From assembly GCF_033153115.1 (NCBI RefSeq), contig NW_026889758.1, positions 24,986,001 to 25,050,000 of the forward strand: a stretch of 64,000 nucleotides of DNA. The letters are read 5' to 3'. Of this stretch, positions 1-11,924 are shown one piece after another. The notes beneath the pieces are model-generated. The model was given only the letters and a program-made list of their open reading frames with translations. It ran no database searches and was not told where the DNA came from. Each line of letters starts with the position of its first letter. The first letter of the stretch is position 1. Source of the stretch: Saccostrea echinata (taxonomy: Eukaryota). The translations under genes were made by a program, and so were the position numbers.

Positions 1-87
1 ATAAACCAGTAATTTTTCTTTCAAATACAAATGTGATCCAGTTTTACTGACTGAGAGAGAAAAGGAAGTGCATTCCAAGAATACATA

Positions 88-285
88 CTGTGGAATCATC
101 ATTCATGTAGGACCAAGGCTTGTGGATTTAGCTGGTCATCCTTCCCATGAATTAATATCCCCAAGAACAGTAACTCTTTCAATGACTTTTTGGTCAAGAG
201 TTAGCCATTAATTAGGCTCTCAAGAACCAGTAAAATTTTGGTTACTTGCAAACATTGCCTCCAACTAATTAAAATGATTCCACAG
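88..285. mobile_element. MITE with TA target-site duplication (Tc1/mariner-like)
   Basis: TA|CTGTGGAATCAT ... ATGATTCCACAG|TA terminal inverted repeats. Confidence 0.75.
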
Positions 286-339
286 TAGACTAATAGATTT
301 TGATGCCATTGTTTGAAGGAAGACTTACATGTAAACTTG

Positions 340-1295
340 AACAAGAGGTCCATGGGCCACATCGCTCACCTAAGCACTGTGGCTAGGAAAAAAGCAAAAA
401 CCAGTTCAGTATTGAAAAGCTTAAATGCATACGTGGTCTTGACCTACCCCCTAAAAAAAGGGGAGGGGGGTATGACTTAAGCAAACTTGAATCTACACTA
501 ACTTAGGATGCTTACATAATTCTCAAACTTACTGTGGCTTTTTTTTCCCTATAAGTTTGTCAATGAACTTTCATTGTGGTCCAACCCTTTCCCCGGAGGT
601 CATGATTTGAACAAATCTGAATCTACACTACCTGAGGATGCTTCCATATGACCAATCATGGCAATGCTGTTCTTGAGAAGAAGATTTTTAAAAAAAAATC
701 CTATGTATTCCTATGTATAACTTTGCTTGTCCACTGTGGCCCCACCCTACCCCTGGGTTCATGATTGAACAAACTTGAATCTTCACTACCTGACGAGATA
801 ACAACCAATCATGGCTTTGCTGTTCTTGAGAAGATTTTTCCTATATACTCCTATATAAAAATTTAATCATTCATTGTGGCCCCACCTTACTCCTGGTGGT
901 AACGATTTGAACATATTTAAATCTACACTACCTGAGGATGATTCGATATAAATATGACCAACCATGGCTTTGCTGTTATTCAGAAGAAGATTTTTTAAGA
1001 TTTTTCCTACATTTTGATTGTCCATTGTGGCCCCACCCTAACACCAGGGGTCATGATTTGAACAAACTTGAATCTACACTACCTAAGGATGCTTCCACAT
1101 AAATATGACTGATGAAGGCTTTGCTGTTCTTGAGAAGAAGATTGTTTAAGATTTTTTTTGAAATTGGCCCAGTGGTTGGAGAAGAAGTAAAAAATGTGAA
1201 AAGTTTACAGACGGACAGACAGACAGCTAAACAGACGGAAGCTTGACAAAATGTGATCAGAAAAGCTCACTTGAGCCTTTGGCTCAGGTGAGCTG
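340..1295 (+). mobile_element. pearl/HINE-type (Helentron-associated) non-autonomous element, family A
   Basis: 5' AACAAGAGGTCCATGGGCCACATCGCTCACCT; internal ~140-160-bp tandem units (AAACTTGAATCTACACTACCTGAGGATGCTT); (GACA/GACG)n; 3' hairpin AGCTCACTTGAGC..GCTCAGGTGAGCT. Confidence 0.85.
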
Positions 1296-1347
1296 AAAGT
1301 GGAATTTAATTTCAGGACAATTTGAAGTATTTATAACAAACACAAGA

Positions 1348-4300
1348 CTAATGTTTCTTTTTTAATTTAAAATATGCTTTTGCATTCCACACATACTGCA
1401 GACCTGATCCTATAGTTGTGCATCCCGTGATCACACTGAAACAAAATAAAATTCATTAGATAATTATTTCAAATTTATATATTTCAATAATTTTAAAATT
1501 ATTTCTCTTGAAATTAATTTCATTTAGATATAAAAGAAGGCTTAAATTCATTTAAGAAATAAACGACATTATTCAGTGGACAAGGCACTGCTGGCATATT
1601 CCATGATGCATGCTAGCACATCATGGAAAATATGCCAGCAGAGCAATTGCTATTTATGCCGCCATGTTCACTGAATTTCATTGTTTGTTATTTATACTTG
1701 AAACTCCATAATTATGAGGACTATACAATAATCATGATATTTCTAAACAATTCTGTTTGCCTTCTTTACCAATTTCTTTAACATTTCATTTTCACTCGTC
1801 ATATTTCATAAAAAGTATTACATCGTCACTTGAAGCATTTTACTTCTGTGACAGATGACTATAGCAAAAGATAATTATTGTTAATTATTTATTTCAGCAC
1901 ACGCTTTATTTGGAGAAAATTTTTATTGTACAATTTTAAACGTTGACAATTTTAAAAAGTTTGAAATGAAATATGAAGATACTGAACAGCAATCAAGCCC
2001 AAAACTCCATTGAAACAATACAATTTTGGAACAGAGCAAACACGGACCTCCAAAAACATCAGAGGTGGGATCAGGTGCCATAGAAGAGTAAGCATCCCCT
2101 GTTGACCAGTCACACCCACCCTGTGCTCCTTCTCATGATCAGATAAACAGAAAATCCATAGACAATTCATTGTGAAAATAATGGCCTAACAATTTGTATA
2201 AAAAACACCAGTCAACATGCCACTAAATGATAGATTGCATTTGCTGTCAAGGTCATTGTATCGACCATAGAATTTGCAAAATGTTGACTTTAAAGAAGAC
2301 TATTCTTGTTTCAGCAACTTATTTGTCAATAGCTGGTAAGCAACATTTCTTGATTCATTTTTTAAAAACTTAATTATTTTTAGCTATATTTCCTATAAAT
2401 ACTACTGAAAATCATATCTTATACTTGGTAGATTTTTCTATGTGAGAGTTTGACACAACCTGTGCATATATTGAGAGCAATTGCATTTATGGAGCTATAA
2501 ATGTAACTGCTAAGCACAGGTTTATATAGAAATAACAGAGCATATGCAAATATAAAGTTTTTGTACAAGTAAAAAGTTGAATAATTCAATAAAATGATAA
2601 ACGTAATATTCCACAGAAATCTACAATGCAATGGATTTCAAATAGAGGCTGAACAGAAATGGTATACTCCATTCTCATTATATTATGGTTACATTATATT
2701 GAAGTATTTTTCTGCACAAGTTTAATGTGTTCTTGGAATCTGATTTAGATATTTTTTATGAAAATGAATTAAAAATAAATACACCAGGTCAAGGAATTAC
2801 ATTTGCATTCAATTGTAAGCTTAATATGTCACCTTTTACCCTCATATAATTAATATGAAATTAAGATTGCAATTTCTAAACCTTTAAGTATGCATAATAT
2901 GAGACACGGGTAAATATGTTACATTTTGTGTATATGTATGATCAGCAAATGTAGTTTTGTTATTCCTAACATAAAAATGTTAAAATTAACAAAATAAATG
3001 GATTAGATCGTAACAGACTTACTAGAGAGCTTGTAGTGCTTGATGATTTGGCCATCCCATCACCTGAGCAGTCAGAGCTGAGGCAACCAGTATTAATTGG
3101 AGAGTTGTGTTGTACTATAACAAAGACAGTAATATCAGTGTAACTAGAGAGTGTACAAAAAAGACAGTACAACATATGTCAACAGCACTAATTGGAGAGT
3201 TGTGTTGTACTGTAACAGAGACAGTAATATCAGTGTAACTAGAGAGTGTACAAAAAAGACAGTACAACGTATGTCAACAGCACTAATTGGAGAGTTGTGT
3301 TGTACTGTAACAGAGACAGTAATATCAGTGTAACTAGAGAGTGTACAAAAAAGACAGTACAACATATGTCAACAGCACTAACTGGAGAGTTGTGTTGTAC
3401 TGTAACAAAGACAGTAATATCAGTGTAACTAGAGAGTGTACAAAAAAAACAGTACAACATATGTCAACAGCACTAACTGGAGAGTTGTGTTGTACTGTAA
3501 CAAAGACAGTAATATCAGTGTAACTAGAGAGTGTACAAAAAAAAAAGTACAACATATGTCAACAGCACTAACTGGAGAGTTGTGTTGTACTGTAACAAAG
3601 ACAATAATATCAGTGTAACTAGAGAGTGTACAAAAAAGACAGTACAACGTATGTCAACAGCACTAACTGGAGAGTTGTGTTGTACTGTAACAAAGACAAT
3701 AATATCAGTGTAACTAGAAAGTGTACAAAAAAGACAGTACAACATATGTCAACAGCACTAACTGGAGAGTTGTGTTGTACTGTAACAAAGACAGTAATAT
3801 CAGTGTAACTAGAGAGTGTACAAAAAAGACAGTACAACGTATGTCAACAGCACTAACTGGAGAGTTGTGTTGTACTGTAACAAAGACAATAATATCAGTG
3901 TAACTAGAGAGTGTACAAAAAAAAACAGTACAACATATGTCAACAGCACTACCGGTAATTGGAGAGTTGTGTTGTACTGTAACAAAAACAATAATATAAG
4001 TGTCAACTAAAAATGTAATAAAACAGAGAGTACTTGTGTCACTAGCATGAACATGAGAGTTGTGTTGTACTGTAACAGACAGAGGCCATACAGTCAGTGT
4101 TAACTAGAGAGTGTACAAAAACAGACAGTACATGTGTCAACAGCACCAACAGGAGAGTTGTGTTTTATTGTAACAGAAAGAGATCATACTGTCAGTGTCA
4201 AGGAGAGAGTGTATTAAAACAGACAGTATATATGTGTCAACATCAACAAGCATTCTGAGAGTATTGCATTAGCAATACTAGTCCCCTACTGGCAAGTTAC

Positions 4301-7300
4301 CATTAAAAATTGAAAATGCCATAATTCCATCAAAAATCAATGAAGCGGAACGAAATGTGAACTTGATCTATAACTCATCAAGGTAAAGTCACATGCCAAA
4401 AATCAGCTCAATATCTGCAAGCGTTTACAAAAAAATTGCAGAAAACCCTGAAAATTGAAAAGGCCGTGATTCCGTCAAAAATCATTGAAGTGGAACAAAA
4501 TGCAAACTTGATCTGTAACTCATTAAGACACACTCACATATCAAAAATCAGCTCAATATCTGCAAGCGTGTAGAAAAAAAAGTGCAGAAAACCAAGTGGA
4601 CCAGACTGACAGACAGACAGAGGGACAGCTAGACAGACAGACCGTTGGACAGACTCGGAGGAAACCTATAGTCTCCTCCGGTTTCACCGGTAGGAGACTA
4701 ATAACTGCACTGTTGTGTTGTACTGTAATTATGTCAATGTCAACTAGAGAGTGTACTAAACAGACAGAACATCATGTGTCATCAGCACTAACTGGGGTGT
4801 TTTGTAACTAGTACCAACTGGAGAGTTGTGTTGTTTAGTTTACATAATAATACCAGTGGTACTAAGGTATGTTGTACCACTGTCTGTTACAGTACAAAAC
4901 AACAAAATATATTGTACTTCTGTCTGTTACAATTCAACATAATTACCCAGTAGTATTAACATGTATTGTACCACTGTTTGTAACAGACATTGGTACAATA
5001 TGTCTTAGTTCTATGGGTAGTTGTGTTGCAATGTATCAGACAGAGGTACAATAAATCTTAGTACTACTGGGTAGTTGTGTTGAACTGTAACAAACAGTGG
5101 TACAAAACATCTTAGTACTACTGAGTAGTTGTGTTGTACTGTATTAGACAGAGGTACAATATATATCTTAGTACTACTGGGTGGTTGTGTTGTACTGCAA
5201 CAGACAGTGGTACAATATGTCTTAGTACCACTGGGAAGTTGTGATGTACTGTATCAGACAGAGGTACAATATGTCAGTACTACTGAGTAGTGGTGATGTA
5301 CTGTTATCAGACATTGGTACAATATGTCAGTACTACTGAGTAGTTGTGTTGTACTGTATCAGACATTGGTACAATATGTCTTAGTACTACTGGGTAGTTG
5401 TGTTGTACTGCAACAGACAGTGGTACATTATATCTTATATTACTGGGTAGTTGTGTTGTACTGTATCAGACAGAGGTACAATATGTCAGTACTACTGGGT
5501 AGTTGTGTTGTACTGTATCAGACAGAGGTACAATATGTCAGTACTACTGGGTAGTTGTGTTGTACTGTATCAGACAGAGGTACAATATGTCAGTACTACA
5601 GAGTAGTTGTGTTGTACTGTATCAGACAGAGGTACAATATGTCAGTATTGCTGGGTAGTTTGTGTTGTACTGTATCAGACAGAGGTACAATATGTCTTAG
5701 TACTACTGGGTAGTTGTGTTGTACTGTATCAGAGAGAGGTACAATATATCTTAGTACTACTGAGTAGTTGCAATGGACTGTTACAAACAGTGATACAATA
5801 AATCTTAGTAGTACTGGGTAGTTGTGTTGTATGTAACAGATAGAGGTAAAATAATGACAGAGGTTCTATATCAGTCTCAGAAGGAGAGTTGTACTGGAAC
5901 AGAGATCTATACAAGTACAAGACAATTGGAGAGTTTATGTTTAAAATCTCCAATTGATAGGTCTAAAAGCCGATTCCAGACTTAAAGAATATAAAAAGAT
6001 GTACAATTGTATGTTCTTTCAAATATGCTTCAATGATACGCTCTAAAAAAGCTCTGCCTCCTTGAAAGGGGAAATAAGAATATAAATGAAAATGTCAATC
6101 GATAGTTTTATATTTTTAGTATCAGAACAATTCATCAAGATCAGAGACAACCAAACAGCTTATTTTAGTAAGTCAAGCATGGCTAAAGAAGTCAGGTTGG
6201 TAGATATACATGTGTGCACTCTTAATTGCCATTTGATTAACCTTTTCTTTCAAAGAAATTATGTAAAAAATGACAGCTGAGATCCAGGATTACATAGTGT
6301 GTCCTTTTCTACACCATTTCCTGTTCTGCCTGCTCAGTGGTTCACAGCTTTACATCCTCAATATATAGTTACAAATGATTGTTGTAGGCTTCATGTATTT
6401 TACTTCATTAATTTTACTCCTATATGTACCTTACCTTACTTAATGTTGAAGGGTGCAGTGAGACACTTGCATTTGAAACATCAAAGAAATTTTTCATATT
6501 TACCTACAAAGGATAGAACGTGTACAAACATATGCATGTGAGGAATTGATTTAAAAATGAAATGTTGAAAATGAATTTAACATTTTTTTTAATACTTACT
6601 GGAGGTTTGATAGAGATGTATCTGATATAAAAAGCAGCTGCTATAAGGAATACATCCCTTCCTACCACGATCACAGTCAAGGGCACTGTCAACAAAGGGA
6701 CATCATTCAGTTTTCACAACCAGAAAATTTGTTTAGAAAACAAAGAGGAATGTATGGCAAGTTAGTCTAGTTTTATTGAAAATTTCTGACACAGATTTTA
6801 GACTTCAGATTTATACTGAAACTGACTTAAATTTTCATTTTTAAAATAAATTACAACGTAAATATGAATTGGCCTTGTATGAATAAACCACTGTGACAGT
6901 ACATTAAGATAACCTTAAGAACAATCCTTCACTAGGAGTACAATACCTGGATGTTCTAGTGAATTCAGTTTCACAATTTTGGAAAATGCACCTTCACAAT
7001 GTATCATTCCTCTTCACAAACCCTTGACAAAAGTCATTATTTAAACGTCAGGCTAGAAAACTATTATTTTATTTGTTCCCAGTCTAGGATTAGGTAAGTT
7101 TTGTAAACAAATATGACTTGTCTTTAAAATGGAAAGTGCCAGTATTGTAGGATGTAAGACTGGTTACCTCAAATAAAATATTAGAGAATAACTTTTGGAA
7201 GATCCTTCTCCATACAGTCACAAAAGATGTGGGATGGTTTTGAACCCCTTGAAAATGACGGATTTGAAAGATATATTCTCGTTGGTTGGTTTATAACTAA

Positions 7301-10300
7301 CCATTATGTCATGTGTAACAACAATCCCAACTTTTAAATAGCGACTTTTATTAAGGATTTGTGAAGAGAAACAATATCACAAAACCTTGACATTGTGAAG
7401 ATAAATGTTGGATATGCACAGCATAGAGAATTTTATAGGAAGTACAATACAAGAACCTGGTTATTTAAGACATTTACCTGGTACAGTTTGGGCCATGAAC
7501 ATGTGGATCAGTAAGAGTGTACTCCATTGATAAGTACGTCAATACTTATAAATTCTGGTACTTTTAGATAGTACAATGGACCAAAGACAAAAGAGTAAAT
7601 TTCAACCAGGTGCTGTAGGTACAATACTTTGATGTTCTGGTGACTTTGTCTGGAACAAGTTAGCCATGGACACAATGGTAAACTGAATACAGTACTAGGA
7701 TATTTTAATAACCATACCTGGAACAGGTGGGTAATGGTCAAAATCACTGTGTATAATACCTGAATATTCGGATGATTTTTTATGATGGACATTGTGGATG
7801 TGGACAGGGTAGATTTTAGTACCTGGTACAATATGGGCCATAGATAGAGTAGTAAACATCACAGTCATCATCACCTTGTCAGCTAATGGGTCCAGAAATG
7901 TACCAAAACTGGACATTTGACCCTTGAAATTCCTGGCAATGTACCCGTCCAGCTTAAATGAAGAAAGAAATTATATATATATATATATATATGTATGCCA
8001 GAAATTCACATATTATTACAGACTTATTAAAGCAACAAATAAACAAGCAATATCAAACATTTCAATAAAATTATTAATTGTCAAATCAATTTTAAGTTAC
8101 TCTATAAGCTAGCTAATGGAAAGAAATTTCTTCATGTTTTGATGGTTTTGGCCTCACAGTGTGAAAGGTATTTTCTGGACACAATTTGATTAAATATAGA
8201 CATAATATTCCAAAATGAAGTCATTATGACCTACTTTTGGTTACATCTCCCAAGATGCATCAACTGACCATTGATGATTCTTAAGGAATGTTTTTAAGTT
8301 TTGTTTGAGTTACTGGTGCGTAAATCACACAGACTTGCATGAATAGGCATATTTTTCATTAAGTGCTAGTGTGCTTTATAAAATTTGCATATCTGTTGAT
8401 TTTATATTATTGGAATCATTATATACAGCTACATGTACGCCTTGTTATTTCAACCTTGATAAAATTTCAAGATATTTGAAAATTTGAGATATCAGGGGTA
8501 AAATACTTTAAATAATAAGTGATTGGGACTTCAAAATTACTTCAATATATCCATGGTATTCAAGATATCGGTGTTCGAGATACCAAAGTTCAACTGTATA
8601 ATCATTATATTTCAATACTTGTGGTCTAAATCTTTTAATATATCAACCAATCAACACTAATTTTTGGTAAATTCATAATATCAATACTGAAATTCCCAGC
8701 AATGACAATTCCACAGATAAGTGCTTCAAATTAAGATGGTTCCAAATTTTTTGGCTATATCCCATTTTTGTTAAAATTGAAATGTAAGATTATGTTCAAC
8801 ATACAAATAAATTCAGCAATCTATTATTTGTCCATATTACTAAGGTAACCACTCAAAGTGATTATGCAACAGATATGAAACAATTCAATTTTGCAAGTGA
8901 TTGGTAAGCAACCATGAGCAATCTGTGCAACATTCAAGTACAATACCCGGTAGTATATTGTAATAAAGTTACATTATAAAGTCACGAGATTTGGAACAGT
9001 AATCAGATGTATGAAACATGCCTGGGGATTATTATTATTAACAGCTTGATTATTAATATCTTTTTTTTTTTTTGCATTTACATCATATCAAAATTAAAAT
9101 AGAAATAATATGTTATATTCCATAAATATTCAAAATATAAGTCAGTACTAACCAGATCAGTAATGCCTGCTATGATGAACAAACCAAGTGCCATTTCAAA
9201 TTGACCATGTGTAACCATATACCCTAGAAATGGCGCAGAAATAATTCTACATGTTGTAATTATGTTTGGAATCGTCTTAATGCTCTCACCCTTTAAAAAA
9301 ATATGAGATAAAGGCATTGACAAATCAGAATACAAACATACTCAACTTCATTTAAAAAGAGGCATCAGTACATTATATAATACATGTATATTTATTATTG
9401 TATTTAGAAGGTTTTTGATGTTATATTGATGAATTGGCATGAGTTGGCTGTACAAATGCACGAGCTTGCGAGTGCAATTCATGAATTGTACAGCCAACGA
9501 GTGCCAATTTTCACCAATGCAAGTTCAATAACTCCTTTTTTATATAGTTAAACATTTCCCATTGATTTATATCATTTTTTTTCAATTAAATACCTAAAAT
9601 TAATGAGAATTTTTCAGTATCTGTATTTAAATTAAAACTGTCCAATATCAGCGTCTTTCCTGTAAGTGTTCAATATCACATCATTCCAGTGACCCTACCA
9701 AGTTTTATTTTAACTTATTTAGGTTTTTCTTGAGGCTAATAGTTACTAAATTATTAATTGATAATTTCAATTTTGTGTGAAAATAGACACATCTTAGTAC
9801 CTAGAAACCACTACTCCTCTTAAATATTGTCATTGAGTGGTTGATCAGACAACACTTTTTGTTTACAACGGGGCGTTCGATATTGAACGCTCCTATTGGG
9901 AATTTTTTTGGGACATACTCATATACAATGCAAACTCAGCATTCAATAAAACACCAAGATATTGAACACTTATATTCTCTAGACTTTTAGTATTTTTTTA
10001 TAGTAAGCGCAGCAAGCAGCGCTTAGTGCTGCTCGCAAAGCGAGCTCAATAGACTAACTTGTAAGAACAGAGGAAATTTGAAATGAAATCTTTACATACG
10101 TCAGGCAAATTTTCTTGTGAAACATTCCTGGAATTCCTTCACTACTAGGGTTCCATGCGAAATTATTACAAAACATACAAAAGACCAAGGATAATTGTTC
10201 CTTATCAAGAGATACATTTACTTTTATTTTTTTTTGCAGAGAGCTTAAAAGCAATCTAATTAAAATTAGATCCTTTACGCTCCCATATTTTGTTATGTCG

Positions 10301-11425
10301 CTGTGCACCTTACAGCGACTAACAAAATACGGGAGCATAAAGGATCTAATTTTGATTAGATTGGCTTAAAAGAAACAAAAAACAATTGCATCTACTCCAC
10401 AACATATTTCATTTAATTTTGCACAAGAACTGTAGTCTCATTCAAACAGATGTTTGGCTGTCTCCGTAAATTCCAACGTCATGTGATGTCACAGTCTAGA
10501 CTGTGTCTTGTGCGGTTTGAAGTTTAAGGAGGTGGTTAAACGTTACAAGTGTAAGCTGTGTATATAGGTTTTTGATGGTACAACTGTGCTCATCCCAACG
10601 GTCACACCGTAAAACATATTAGACTTCTTATAATCTATATAATAACATAAATCAGCTTGCTACATCTCATTACAATGAGTAATAGCGAGCACAGCGTGCG
10701 GCGCAAAGCGCCGCTCGTCACTGCGAGCTCTAACAACAACGCCTAAGCGAAGAGAAAATTCGAACTACTGCACATTCATTCAACAGAATTTTTTTCCGCA
10801 GTAATTCTGGACCCACAATGCATCGCTTCTTGTTCTCGCTGCTTACTTCGTTCACGCGGTAACAACTAAAATTTCACAAAAAATAAACTCACCTTAATTT
10901 AATGGATATTGCATGCAGATAGTAGATTAAACGTTCTTTGTTAAAATATTCGTACTTTTTAAACTTTGTTTATGGAAATGCAGCTAACATACGACATCAT
11001 GTGACGTCACAGTCTAGATGTTCCAACTGTCTCATGCGGTTTGAAGAGGCAGATCTTAAAACGAAGTGAACAATGCGCTCGCCCCAACGGTCGCATCGTC
11101 AACATATTATACAACATAATCGTTTAACTGATAACAGTCACAAATGTAAGAAACTTACCTGTAATGGCTGTATACTCTCTTTACGCCTACCATCATCTTT
11201 GTCACTCTTTCTGCAACAATACCAACATGACGAAGAAAAATGGCGTCGAAACCCTTCTAAATCAACGTTGCTAGGTATATGATATTTACATTTTTGAAGC
11301 TTAAAACATGTAAACGAATCACAGTTCTTGTTGACATTGGTGCAACAAAACTGGCGTACTAAAATGGAAGATCTCACAAAACCATATGGTCTTAAAGTAA
11401 GTGTATTCAAATGTCGACACAGCAT
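1348..11425 (-). CDS. CRLS1: Cardiolipin synthase (CMP-forming), ~289 aa. Exons 11425-11159, 9290-9153, 7952-7823, 6685-6600, 6503-6435, 3114-3023, 1435-1348
   Basis: GT-AG junctions give one continuous 870-nt frame. Arg-rich mitochondrial-type leader; TIPNIITTCRI; CDP-alcohol phosphatidyltransferase motif TDLLDGYIARNF..SSFGTFLDPLADK; GRDVFLIAAAFYIRY; PSTLSK|YNTTLQLILVASAL; ends VITGCTTIGSGLQYVWNAKAYFKLKKKH*. The start codon is inferred. Confidence 0.93.
1975..2330 (-). mobile_element. 3' fragment of the Penelope-like retroelement family also seen at 59.2-60.6 kb
   Basis: Reverse complement GGTGTGACTGGTCAACAGGGGATGCTTACTCTTCTATGGCACCTGATCCCACCTCTG matches 60413-60500. Confidence 0.75.
3091..4244. 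repeat. 95-bp minisatellite (~10 near-identical plus ~2 degenerate units) made of the CRLS1 intron5/exon6 junction
   Basis: GGAGAGTTGTGTTGTACT recurs at 3099, 3194, 3289 ... 3859, 3961, ~4055 and ~4152. The first unit overlaps the real exon. Confidence 0.95.
4245..4703 (+). mobile_element. pearl/HINE-type element, family C, inserted into the CRLS1 minisatellite
   Basis: AACAAGCATT..ACTAGTCCCCTAC start, two ~125-bp internal repeats, (GACA)n, 3' hairpin TAGTCTCCTCCGGT..ACCGGTAGGAGACTA. A second copy lies at 35737-36025. Confidence 0.85.
4704..5940. repeat. Continuation of the same repeat family: degenerate units, a short inverted block (~4865-4980) and ~16 units of 52-54 bp
   Basis: Unit AGTACTACTGGGTAGTTGTGTTGTACTGTATCAGACAGAGGTACAATATGTC shares the GTTGTGTTGTACTGTA core with the 95-mer. 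Confidence 0.9.
8425..8598. mobile_element. pogo/Tigger-like MITE (degenerate; related to 12104-12288)
   Basis: Ends in TTCGAGATACCAAAGTTCAACTG|TA, the reverse complement of the 12104 terminus. Confidence 0.65.
10252..10363. mobile_element. 112-bp foldback MITE with 9-bp TSD (Mutator-like)
   Basis: CAATC...GATTG hairpin flanked on both sides by GCTTAAAAG. Confidence 0.88.
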
Positions 11426-11670
11426 TCTTCTTAACAAGTCAAAACAACTTTTTCAAGATCAAATGAGTATGTAATCGATGAAACTTTTCACTAAATCACT
11501 GCCTTCGGCGTTAACAACAAGGGCGCAGACATATTGGATCTGAATTTTTGCATATCGATCCCGACCTCTGGATCTTCATATAGTACATATTTGCAACGAA
11601 TGAAGTAAAGATAAGTACAGTGTGGCAATAAAAAAAAAATCACGATATCAAATCAAGGATTTCATCGTCA

Positions 11671-11702
<32 letters not shown>

Positions 11703-11924
11703 TTGCATCTTTTTTCATTCCTTCCTATATGTTAAATCGGTTTGTTAAGTATCAAATTGGAACTTGACAGCGCGATTTTTTTTTTACCCCACTTTGGTCC
11801 CAAGGGTGAAAATGAAAATTCCGAAACCTCATTGCACACCTGCAGAACACCTCTTATCATCTTGCAAAAGACAGAATTGCAGATGGACCAGGATAACAAC
11901 AATATACCCGAATTTTCTTTAGAA

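Noticed and set aside
2419-2631. 70-aa hydrophobic minus-strand ORF as a possible CRLS1 exon
   Set aside because: Exon 6 joins exon 7 in frame without it, it has no recognisable homology, and its donor is weak.
3091-4010. CRISPR-like array, or a family of small genes from the many repeated 60-73-aa ORFs
   Set aside because: The units are contiguous with no unique spacers and no cas genes. The ORFs are by-products of a 95-bp intronic repeat.
7508-7831. 107-aa ORF next to CRLS1 exon 3
   Set aside because: Intronic, in a different frame, with no recognisable domain.
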